Source: an uncultured Holophagales bacterium
GTDB taxonomy: Bacteria > Acidobacteriota > Thermoanaerobaculia > Multivoradales > UBA5704
Direction of reading: 5' to 3'
DNA length: 64,000 nucleotides
Assembly (NCBI GenBank): GCA_963842525.1
Contig: CAWJGT010000003.1
Span: 736,001 to 800,000, forward strand
The notes beneath the pieces are model-generated. The model was given only the letters and a program-made list of their open reading frames with translations, had not been told where the DNA came from and did no database searches. Shown in pieces: positions 11,636 through 22,380 of the stretch (its first letter is position 1; each line of letters opens with the position of its first letter). Both the position numbers and the translations under genes were made by a program.

Positions 11636-12118
11636 ATGGAACGAGCCCGCCTGGATTCCATCCGTATCGCGTCTCCATGCCCCGCGAAATGGGAGGAGAT
11701 GGCAGGGGATGACCGTGTCAGGTTCTGCGGTCTCTGCAAGAAGAACGTCTACGACCTGAGCGCGTTGACCCGTGGGGAAGCCGAACGGCTCCTCGGGGAG
11801 AAGGAGGGCAAGCTCTGCGCCCGGCTCTTCCGCCGCGCCGACGGCACTGTGCTCACCCGCGACTGCCCGGTGGGATTCCGCGCCCGCGTCCATCGCGCCG
11901 TAAGGCGCACCACGGCCGCCGTCGCCGCTCTGGCGGGTCTTTTCGTGCTCGCGCTGGACGCCCTCCTTCTGATCGCAGGGCGCGAAGCGCCTGATCAGTC
12001 TGCCAAGCCTCCAGCTCTGGGCCGAGAGGTGCAGCCAGCCCCGGCACAGAAGTCGCCGCCGGCAGTCCTCTCCGAGAAAGAAAGGGAGTTGCTCGGTTCG
12101 CTCGGATACGTCAACTGA
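11636..12118 (+). CDS. Conserved Cys-motif hypothetical membrane protein
   Basis: IASPCPAKWEEMAGDDRVRFCGLCKKNVYDLS...LCARLFRRADGTVLTRDCP domain, one TM, C-terminal LGSLGY. Confidence 0.75.
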   Translation: MERARLDSIRIASPCPAKWEEMAGDDRVRFCGLCKKNVYDLSALTRGEAERLLGEKEGKLCARLFRRADGTVLTRDCPVGFRARVHRAVRRTTAAVAALAGLFVLALDALLLIAGREAPDQSAKPPALGREVQPAPAQKSPPAVLSEKERELLGSLGYVN

Positions 12119-12159
12119 TCCATCGCTGATCCACGTCCTCCTCCGCGCCGCGCCCGCTC

Positions 12160-12284
12160 GCCCCGGGTTGACACCCGGGGCTACCCAGTTCCGCCCTCCG
12201 GGCTCTCGAATTCTGGGCACTTCGACCGCCATTCCGGCGAGCCCGGAGGGCGCCATTTGGTAGCCCAGGGTGTGAACCCTGGGC
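12160..12284. repeat. Inverted pair of GTAG-type REP palindromes (REPIN-like)
   Basis: GCCCCGGGTTGACACCCGGGGCTACCC..CGCCCTCCGGGCTC versus GAGCCCGGAGGGCG..GGTAGCCCAGGGTGTGAACCCTGGGC. Confidence 0.75.
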
Positions 12285-12306
12285 CAGGGGGCTTAGAATG
12301 CTCCCC

Positions 12307-14009
<1,703 letters not shown>

Positions 14010-14010
<1 letters not shown>

Positions 14011-17000
14011 TGCGCACCAAACTCCTCCCTCCCGCCCTCCTGCTCGGCACGCTGGGGGCGCTCTTCCTGCCGCTCCCCTGGTCCGGCCTCGCGTTGCTCG
14101 CTGTCCTCGGCCTCTGGCTGTGGATGCGGCCGCCCCGGCGCGAGGTGCTGGTCACGGTGCCGGCCTTGCTCGTGGCGCTCGCCGCCCTCGGCCTGCGGTG
14201 GGAGGCCGAGCTGCGGGCCCGCGCTCCGGGCGAGGGATGGATGGAGGAGGCCACCGGCAGGTACGAGCAGCTCTGGGAGGGCCTGCGGCAGGAGGCCCGC
14301 ACCGCCGCCGAGGCCCTCCAGACTCCACCCGCCTTCGTGCGCGCCCGCCTGGACGCGTTCCACCGCTTGCAGAGGATGAAGCCGTTGGTGGGCGGCGGGC
14401 GGCGCGCCTTCGTGCTGCTGGACCCGGACGGCGTCGCGGTCGCCTGGTCCGGCGAAGGGCTGCTCCACGAGCCCGACCCCGATCTGCCGCGCGCCGGGCT
14501 TCACTACCAGGCGAGCTTCAGCTCCGTCACGCTGCTCGCCATCGAGCCCCTCCCTTCGGACCGCAACGCGCGGCGGCCCTGGCGGGTGGTCTCCGGCGCC
14601 AGCTTCCCGACCGACGTCCTCCCGTTCCGGGTCGTGCCGCGCCGGCTGCGCTGGTCGATCCTCGATCCGCAGGCGGAGCCTCTGCCAGGCGAGATCGCCC
14701 TGCGGGTGCCCGGCGCGCCGATCCTGGTCGCCCAACGGCCGGCCGCGGGCGACCCGCTGGCGCGCGAGTGGGCCTTGCGCCTCGCCTGGTCCGGCATCGC
14801 CTTCGCCCTCCTCGCGCTGGCGGCGCTCCGCGGCTCGGGACTGCTGTTCCCCTTCGAGCCCCGGACCGGCCTCGACACCGGGCCGCGCCTCGGCCTCGCG
14901 CTCCTGTTCCTGGGCGGCATCTTCGCCGCTGGCATGGCGGCCTCCCTCACGCCTCTCACGCTGGCGCTTGTGACTGCGGGGCTGGGCTTCGCGGCGCTCG
15001 GGCTTGCGGTGCAGCGGTTGGCGGGACCTCACCCCCTGTCCCCCTCTCCCATCTCCCTTCCACCCCCCGCCGGGAGAGGGGGGACGCATCCGGAGCCGTT
15101 CGGCGAGCTCGCCACCGAGGCATCAACAACGTCCCCCCTCTCCCGGGGCAGGGAGGGTGGGAGATGGGAGAGGGGGACAGGGGGTGAGGTTCTCCGCATC
15201 GGCCTCCTCGGAGCCCTCGCCATCCTCCTGCTCCTCCTGGCCGCCTGGGCCGTACATCTCGGCGGGCCTCCCATCGACCTCGCCGCGGCCGTTCTGGACC
15301 GGCCGGAGGTTTTCGGGCTGCGGCTTGCCCTGGCTGCCGCCTCGTTCGGCTTGTTCTGCCTCGCCGGAGCCCTTCGTCGCGCAAGCCCGCCGCCGGGCGA
15401 CCGCTGGGCCTGGGGCGCGGCCCTCGCCCTGCTCGCTGGAGCGGCGCTGGCCGACAGCCCGTTCCTGGCCGTGCCCCTCTTCGCCGCCGGAGGAGCGGGA
15501 ATGGCCATCTATGCCGACCGCCGGCGGCTGCGCGAGGGGCTGGCTCTCGCCGGCCTCGCCCTGCTGGCGGTCCTGGTGGCCGGCGGCGCCTCCGAGGCCG
15601 CCTACCTCCTGCGGCTGCGCCACGATGCCGGGGACAAGCTCTTCGACAGGCTGCTCCCTCCCTCGCAACGGGAGCTGACCGCGGTCTCCGCCGAGCTGCG
15701 GAGGCACTTCGCGGCGAGCAATCTGGAGGAGCGGACGCCGCGCCCGCCGGCCGGCCTGGTGCGGCAGGACCTGGCCTATGCGCTCTGGCGGGGATCGCCG
15801 CTGGCTCGGCCCCATGCCCTGTCCGCCCTCGTCATCCAGCCGCACGAGGGGCCGGCCTCGTCCTTCTCGTTCGGCCTCCCCTCGATCCACGCGGGGCGGA
15901 TGGACTGGACTCCCGAGATCCGGGATGACCTCCGGCTCCCTCTCTGGGGGACCGTGACGGTAAGCGGCCGGGCAATGATCACCTTCGCCGGCCGGCCGTG
16001 GGCGATCGCACGGTGGTGGCTGATGCCGCGGCCCGGCTTCCGCGTCGGCGATCCGCGGCGCCTCACCGACATCGAAGCCGGCCTCCTGCGCGGCGGGCCG
16101 GCGCCCGGTCCGTTCGAGGACCTCCCCGGGCCCGTGCTCTACGCCCTCTACACGCCGAACGGGCGCCCCGCCCTCTCCCCCTGGGAGGAGGAGCCGCCCC
16201 TGCCGCAGCGCATGCGTATGCCGCCCGGCCAGCAAGGCTCGTTCACCGGCGTGGAGACCCCTTCCGGCACCGCCCGCGCCTGGGTCCGCTCCAGCCGCGC
16301 GGGCTGGGAAGTCGTCTATCTCCCCTATGAGACGCCGTTCACCGCCCTCGAACGGGTGGCCAGCTTCGCCGTCGGCGCCCTCTGCCTGCTCGCCCTCGCC
16401 ATTCCGGCCGTGCTCCTCCTCGGCCTGCCGCGCGCCGCCTTCCGGGACGTCCTGCGCCTCGCGGTGCGCTCCTACTCGAAGCGCCTGATCCTGGTCTACA
16501 CCTTCCTCCTCATCGTGCCGCTGGTGCTGCTCAACGTCGTCCTGGTGGGCGCCATGAAAGACCGGCTGACCCAGCAGCAGCTCGACGCCGGCAAGGCGGC
16601 CCTGACCGCCGCCCAGAAGGTCCTCGGCGAGCGGCTGCTCGAGCTGCCGCCGGGCTTCGGCGTCGATGCCACCCTCGGTGACCGGCTGCTCTCCGACGTC
16701 TCGGAGATCGTCCGCCACGAGATGAACCTCTACTACGGAAGCATCATCTACGCGTCGAGCAAGCACGAGCTGTTCACCGCCGGCCTGCTGCCCAACCGCA
16801 TCCCGGGCGAGATCTATTCAGAGCTGGCCCTCCTCGGCTACGGCCTGTCGTACCGGACCAACCGGGTCGGAGGGACGGAATACCTCGAGATCTATGCGCC
16901 GCTGCGCGTGCCCGGCGAGCCCAGCGGCGATGACAAGCTGGTCCTCTCCATGCCGCTCCTCGCTCAACAGGAGGAGACCGACCGCGAGCTGGCCCACCTG

Positions 17001-18251
17001 CGCCGGCGCGGTCTGATCGCCACCGTGACCCTTTTCCTTCTCCTCGTGGCCGTGGGCACGCGCCTCGCCCGCAACTTCACACGTCCGCTCATGCAGCTCG
17101 TCGCCGGGACCGAGCGGATCGCCGCGGGCGCCACCTCGCTCAACCTGAAGCCCACCGAGCTCGAGCTGGCGGCCCTGGTGGAAGCCGTGGACGAGATGGC
17201 GCGCCGCATCGCCGAAGGGCGCGAGCGGCTGGTGCGCGAAAAACAAGTCATAGAAAGAATGGTCGAGAACATCACCTCGGGTGTGGTCTCCCTCGACCAG
17301 GACGGCCGTGTGCTGATGCGCAACCGCGTGGCCGCCGAGCTCCTCGGCGCCGAGGTGGGCGAGCGGCTCGAACGTGTCGCGGCCGAAGAGCCGCGGCTCG
17401 CGCCCGTCGCCGCCTTCCTGCGCCGCGTCGATCAGGAGAGGGGCCTGGAGATGGAGCGCGAGACCGTGCGCCTGGCCGGTGCGGAAGGCGAGCGCGAATG
17501 GGCGCTCGTCTGGGTGCCGCTCCCCGGCGCGGGCGAGCCCGCGGCCCTACTCGTCGTCGAGGACGCCACCGAAGTGCTGCGCAACCAGCGCCTGCTCGCC
17601 TGGGCCGAGATGGCGCGCATCATCGCCCATGAGATCAAGAACCCGCTCACCCCCATCCGCCTCTCGGCCGAGCACATGCGCGAGGTCTGGCGGGCCGATC
17701 CCGAACATTTCGACCGGGTCTTCGAACGTTGCACCACCAACATCCTCACCCAGGTGGAAGAGCTGCGCACCATCGCCTCCGACTTCTCGTCCTACAGCGC
17801 CATCCTGCGCATCGAGCCCAAGCCAGGGGACCTCACCGCCGCTGTCTCCGACCTCGTCGAGGGCTACCAGGCCGCACCGCCGAACGGCATCCAGCTCGAC
17901 CTCGAAGCCGGCGGTCCGATTCCCGCGCGGTTCGACGGCAAGCTCCTCCAGCGCGCGCTCCGCAACCTCCTCGAAAACGCCCTGCGCGCCGCCGCCGCCG
18001 GGGGAGGCCACGTCTGGGTCCGGGTGGGGCAGGACGACGGCCACGCCCGAATCTCGGTCCTCGACAACGGCCCCGGCGTCCGCCCCGAAAACCTGCCGCG
18101 CATCTTCGACCCCTACTTCTCGACCCACGACACCGGCACCGGCCTCGGCCTCCCCATCGCCCGCCGCGTCGTCGAAGAGCATGGCGGACACATCGCCGCC
18201 CACAACCGCCCGGAAGGGGGGTTGGAGGTGACGATTACGCTGCCGGTGTGA
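14010..18251 (+). CDS. Large multi-TM HAMP/PAS sensor histidine kinase (NtrY-like)
   Basis: GTG overlapping the hutU stop; many TMs; [12 protein letters not shown]-box, NLLENA, DNGPG, FDPYFST, GTGLGL. Confidence 0.88.
15026..15190. repeat. 165-bp palindromic MITE-like element in frame within the kinase gene
   Basis: Perfect 32-bp terminal inverted repeats ACCTCACCCCCTGTCCCCCTCTCCCATCTCCC (15026-15057 and 15159-15190). Confidence 0.9.
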
Positions 18252-18502
18252 ACCTCACCCCCTGTCCCCCTCTCCCATCCGCCTGTAGGGGCAACCCTTG
18301 TGGTTGCCCCCGGCCTCGCCACGGCGGCCGATTCGCATTTCCTCACCACAGGGACAGACAGGCAAGGGCAACCACAAGGGTTGCCCCTACAGGCGGGCCG
18401 GGGGGACGCGAACGCCGCAAACGGCCTCCTCTACGTTCCCCCTCTCCCGTTCGGGGTGCGGGCCGGGGGGCCGCACGGGAGAGGGGGGCCAGGGGGAGAG
18501 GG
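18252..18502. repeat. Same palindromic element family, with a nested GTAG REP pair
   Basis: Begins ACCTCACCCCCTGTCCCCCTCTCCC, ends GGGAGAGGGGGGCCAGGGGGAGAGG. Confidence 0.8.
18279..18396. repeat. GTAG-type REP doublet (perfect 31-bp inverted repeat)
   Basis: CCGCCTGTAGGGGCAACCCTTGTGGTTGCCC (18279-18309) and its reverse complement (18366-18396). Confidence 0.85.
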
Positions 18503-18668
18503 CTCCGGAACCTGCGCCGCCCCTCGAACGTATCCAGCCCGACACGTCCCTTTTCGAGGAGGAGACCCCATGGCGCGTACTGCGGAGAGGCCCCATGGGG
18601 CGGAACGGACCGCGAGGCGCGTCGGCTCCACCGGTGTCGGGGCCTCTGTGCTCGCGAGCCCCCGGTGC

Positions 18669-18939
18669 GGCCCCATGGTCCCAGTCACGCGGATCAAGCT
18701 CCCTGCCGCACGGACCGTGGTCCCGGTCATCGGACTCGCAAAGCGCGGCCCGGCCTTCCGCTCCGTGGTACCGGCATCGCGGTCCCTGCCATGCGGATCG
18801 TGGGGCCAGTCAGAGGGACCCCGCTGCCCCTCACCGGCACCACGGTCCCTGCGCAGGACTCGAGGTCCGCGTGGCACGCTTCGTGGTCCCGGTGACGCGG
18901 ACCGCGACTCCTGAGAGCGGCCTCGCGGTGCCGGTCGCG
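18669..18939. repeat. Degenerate ~21-bp tandem repeat tract
   Basis: Units such as GGCCCCATGGTCCCAGTCACG, CGGACCGTGGTCCCGGTCATC, CGCTTCGTGGTCCCGGTGACG, GGCCTCGCGGTGCCGGTCGCG. Confidence 0.55.
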
Positions 18940-18971
18940 ACCGGAGGGAGTCGCGATACCATCTCGCGATC

Positions 18972-20228
18972 GTGGCCCGTATCGTCCTGACGACTTTCGG
19001 CTCTCTCGGGGACATCCACCCCTACCTTGGCCTCGGCAGCGGCTTGCGGGCCCGGGGACACCGCGTCGCGCTGGCGACGCACGGATTCTACCGGGCCAAG
19101 ATCGAGGCGGAAGGGATCGAATTCTTCTCTGTGCGGCCCGACGCGGACCCGGATGACCGCGCGCTGGTGGCCCTGGCCATGGACATCAAGAAGGGGCCGG
19201 AGCGCGTGTTGCGGGACATCGTGCTGCCGGTTCTGCGGGAGAGCTACGAGGATCTGCTCGCCGCGTCCCGCGGCGCCGATCTCGTGGTGGGGCATCCTCT
19301 CGCCTTCGCGGCCCCCTTGGTCGCCGGCGTGCTCGGCATCCGCTGGGCGTCGGCGGTCCTGTCTCCGATCGGATTTTTCTCCGCCTATGATCCGCCGGTT
19401 CTGCCGCCCTATCCGTGGCTGGCGCGGCTGCGCGTCCTGGGTCCGCGGGTGAATCGCTGGGTGATGGATTTCGGCCGGCGCTCCGTCCTCCCCTGGACGG
19501 AGCCGGTGCGCCGGTTGCGGGAAGAGCTGGGGCTGCCCCCTGGCGCGAACCCGATCTTCGAGGGGCAGCACTCGCCGTCTCTCGTGCTGGCCCTCTTCTC
19601 GTCGCTCCTTGGGGCGCGGCAGCCGGACTGGCCGCCGCAGACGGTCACCGCCGGCCAGATCTTCTACGATCGCCATGGTGAGTCGACCGGGCCGGCCGAG
19701 CTGTCAGCCGAGGTCGAGGACTTCCTGGCCGCCGGCGAGGCGCCGCTGGTCTTCACCCTGGGCTCCGCCGCCGTCCTGAATCCGGGCTCCTTCTTTGCGG
19801 AGAGCGCGGCGGCGGCGCAGAGCCTGGGCCGGCGGGCGGTGCTGGTGGGGGAAGAATCGCAGGACAGCCTGCCGGAGTCGATCCTGGCCGTCCAGTACGT
19901 TGCCTACTCGCGCCTTTTCCCACGCGCAACGGCGATCGTGCATCAAGGTGGCATCGGCACCGTGGGGCAGGCCCTGGCCGCAGGTCGTCCGATGCTCGTG
20001 GTGCCGTTCAGCCACGATCAGCCGGACAACGCCGCCCGTCTCGTCCGCCTCGGCGTCGCCCGCACCCTCGGCCGCGACCGCTATCGAGCCGCCCCGGCCG
20101 CCGCCGAGCTCCGGCAGCTCCTCTCCGATCCTGGCTACGCCGAGCGAGCCGCGCAGGCCGGAGAGCACGTCCGCCGCGAGACCGGTCTCGAGACGGCATG
20201 CGATGCGATCGAGCGGTTGCTCTACTGA
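18972..20228 (+). CDS. GT1-family (UGT-like) glycosyltransferase
   Basis: TTFGSLGDIHPY N-terminus; FTLGS; HQGGIGT...VPFSHDQPDNA signature. Confidence 0.9.
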   Translation: MARIVLTTFGSLGDIHPYLGLGSGLRARGHRVALATHGFYRAKIEAEGIEFFSVRPDADPDDRALVALAMDIKKGPERVLRDIVLPVLRESYEDLLAASRGADLVVGHPLAFAAPLVAGVLGIRWASAVLSPIGFFSAYDPPVLPPYPWLARLRVLGPRVNRWVMDFGRRSVLPWTEPVRRLREELGLPPGANPIFEGQHSPSLVLALFSSLLGARQPDWPPQTVTAGQIFYDRHGESTGPAELSAEVEDFLAAGEAPLVFTLGSAAVLNPGSFFAESAAAAQSLGRRAVLVGEESQDSLPESILAVQYVAYSRLFPRATAIVHQGGIGTVGQALAAGRPMLVVPFSHDQPDNAARLVRLGVARTLGRDRYRAAPAAAELRQLLSDPGYAERAAQAGEHVRRETGLETACDAIERLLY

Positions 20229-20263
20229 AGGCCTGCAGCCCGAGGGAGTGCTATCCTCGATCC

Positions 20264-20575
20264 ATGCATCCGCTGCTTCTACAACATAGGGCCGGCATCG
20301 ATACTCTCTGCCGTCGTTCTCACGTGCGGCGGTTGGAGGTATTCGGCTCGGCCGCTCGCGGAGAGGACTTCGACCCCCGGCACTCCGACATCGATTTTCT
20401 GGTGGAGTTCAACCGAACGCACATCACGCCGACGTTGGGTACCTTCCTCGAGCTGCGCGATCAGTTGGCCGCCCTGGTGGGGCGGCCCGTGGATCTGGTG
20501 ATGGCGGGAAGCATCCGGAATCCCTTCATCCAGGCCGACATCGAACGGTCGCGCGAGACGGTGTATGCGTCGTGA
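20264..20575 (+). CDS. Minimal nucleotidyltransferase (MNT antitoxin)
   Basis: VFGSAARGEDF..SDIDFLVEF..GRPVDLV motifs; overlaps the HEPN gene. Confidence 0.88.
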   Translation: MHPLLLQHRAGIDTLCRRSHVRRLEVFGSAARGEDFDPRHSDIDFLVEFNRTHITPTLGTFLELRDQLAALVGRPVDLVMAGSIRNPFIQADIERSRETVYAS

Positions 20576-20921
20576 GCCGCGTGCGTACCTCTGGGATGTG
20601 CGGGAGGCGGCGGACGCCATCCTGGAATTCACGCTCGGGCTTCGCCTCGACGACTATCTCGCCGACCGAATGCTGCGTTCCGCCGTCGAACGGCAGTTTG
20701 AGATCATCGGTGAGGCTCTGAACCAATTGTCCAAGGTGGCGCCGGAGATAGCCGCCAGAATTCCGGATCTTCCACAGATTGTCGCCTTTCGAAACCTGTT
20801 GATCCACGGCTACGCCACGGTGGATCATCCTACAGTTTGGGAGACGCTCCAATCACAGGTTCCGGCCTTGCGCAACTGCGTAGCAGAGCTGCTGGATGGG
20901 TATGGACCGGCTGGCGCCTGA
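20565..20921 (+). CDS. HEPN (DUF86/HepT-like) RNase toxin
   Basis: AVERQFEIIGEA and RNLLIHGY (RX4H) motif. Confidence 0.9.
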   Translation: MRREPRAYLWDVREAADAILEFTLGLRLDDYLADRMLRSAVERQFEIIGEALNQLSKVAPEIAARIPDLPQIVAFRNLLIHGYATVDHPTVWETLQSQVPALRNCVAELLDGYGPAGA

Positions 20922-21109
20922 CGATTGCCAGGAGCGCCGCGGTCCGGCTAGCCGGCGAGGAGCTGCTCCTCCAGCCGCCGGACGCTGCGTGGCCCTCGTG
21001 CCCCCTCCAAGCTGCTCGATTCGCCGCGCGATGCCGTAGAATCTCCCTGAAGTGTCCAGAGACCGAGTTCTTGCAGAGAAGGGTCTTTTTCAGAAAGAGA
21101 GGAGCGGAC

Positions 21110-21541
21110 ATGGGAATCAGATCACTCAGGATTGTCGCAGCATTGGTGGTGCTCGCCTTCGCGGCGATGGGGAGCTTGGCAAACGGGGAAGATCTTGAAA
21201 AAGCCATCTTCGGACAACCGGAGGCCCCTCGAGCTGAGGCGTCTCCCTTCGAAGCTTCTCCCCTGCTGTTTCTCGCCAGTTCCAGCTCCTGCTGGGCGGC
21301 TTTGAGCTGCGATGACGGCAGCGTCGTCAATTGCTCCTGTCCAGCGCCAGCCGGCGGGGTCTGTAACGACTATCCGACGGGCAGCCCCTGGGGTGGTTAT
21401 GTCCGCTGCCAGTGCACCGGCAGCCCATATGTCCAGGAGCACCACTGCAATGCGCCAACCTGCACACAGGCGTCCTGCAACAGCCAGTGTGGTGGCCCGG
21501 GAAGTGGCGTTTGCTCTGGAAATACCTGCTACTGCTACTGA
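21110..21541 (+). CDS. Secreted Cys-rich protein with C-terminal defensin-like motif
   Basis: AGAGGAG SD, signal peptide, acidic pro-region, 14 Cys in the last ~83 aa. Confidence 0.75.
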   Translation: MGIRSLRIVAALVVLAFAAMGSLANGEDLEKAIFGQPEAPRAEASPFEASPLLFLASSSSCWAALSCDDGSVVNCSCPAPAGGVCNDYPTGSPWGGYVRCQCTGSPYVQEHHCNAPTCTQASCNSQCGGPGSGVCSGNTCYCY

Positions 21542-21630
21542 GGACCGCTCCGTTGCCGAAGAGCCCGTAAGTCAGCTCGCCGAGATCAGGGCCGTGCTCT
21601 TCGGCACATTTGCATCCACGCTGCGGGATT

Positions 21631-22092
21631 TCAGGCTCGCGATGAGCCGGTGAGAACACCTCCATCAGGCCCCAGACGCGGCAGTACCATGGAGAAGCTC
21701 TTACCCTTCGACGAGCGGAAGACAGTGAAGCCTCGGTAGTCGAGCGTCAAGATCTCGAAGACGCCCAGACGCTCGGCGAGAAGCACCAGGGTTGCATCGG
21801 CGTAGTCCATCGGTATGTTTGCGTACTTCTCCATTCGGCGAGCGGCCTCGGCCAACGCTGCTGCCTCACTGAAGTCGAAGATTTGCAGCCCGCTTTGCGC
21901 GACGAACTCGGCCAAGAGGACGGGACCTCTGCGGTCTGCTGCCAAAAGGTGCATCGCCTCCGTGATGACGGCCGTGGTCGTGAGGAGCTGCCCGGAAAAA
22001 GCGTCGAGCCGAGCAGCGACTCGGGCGTGCTGCTTTTCCGATGCGTCGAGGTAGGCGACGATGGGGCCGGTGTCGAGAATCCAGGCTTTCAA
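21631..22092 (-). CDS. PIN-domain (VapC-like) toxin
   Basis: ILDTGPIVA, VITEA, MDYADA, LTLD..F acidic residues. Confidence 0.88.
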   Translation of the reverse strand: MKAWILDTGPIVAYLDASEKQHARVAARLDAFSGQLLTTTAVITEAMHLLAADRRGPVLLAEFVAQSGLQIFDFSEAAALAEAARRMEKYANIPMDYADATLVLLAERLGVFEILTLDYRGFTVFRSSKGKSFSMVLPRLGPDGGVLTGSSRA

Positions 22093-22328
22093 GACCGGAA
22101 GTTACTCTCGCGAAGGTGAGCGCGCCAGGGATCGGAGGCGTCTTTCTGGAGATGGAGCTGCCCTCGCAGATGGCCAACTCGCTTCGCCATTGAATGCTCT
22201 GCCACAGCCTCGCTGAGGATTTCCCGCGCCAGCTCCGGGACGGTCTTGCCCTGCATCGCCGCCCGCTCCTGGAGAGCTTCATGGAGCTTCTCATCCGTGG
22301 GGATGGTCAGGGTCAGCATCGTGCTCAT
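22089..22328 (-). CDS. RHH antitoxin (VapB/FitA-like)
   Basis: LTLTIPTDEKLHEALQERAA...ELAREIL; 4-nt overlap with the PIN gene. Confidence 0.8.
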   Translation of the reverse strand: MSTMLTLTIPTDEKLHEALQERAAMQGKTVPELAREILSEAVAEHSMAKRVGHLRGQLHLQKDASDPWRAHLRESNFRS

Positions 22329-22380
22329 GAGAACAGTCTACTCCAAGCGCCAGCCGAGCCCGGCATCGCGGATTTGCATC

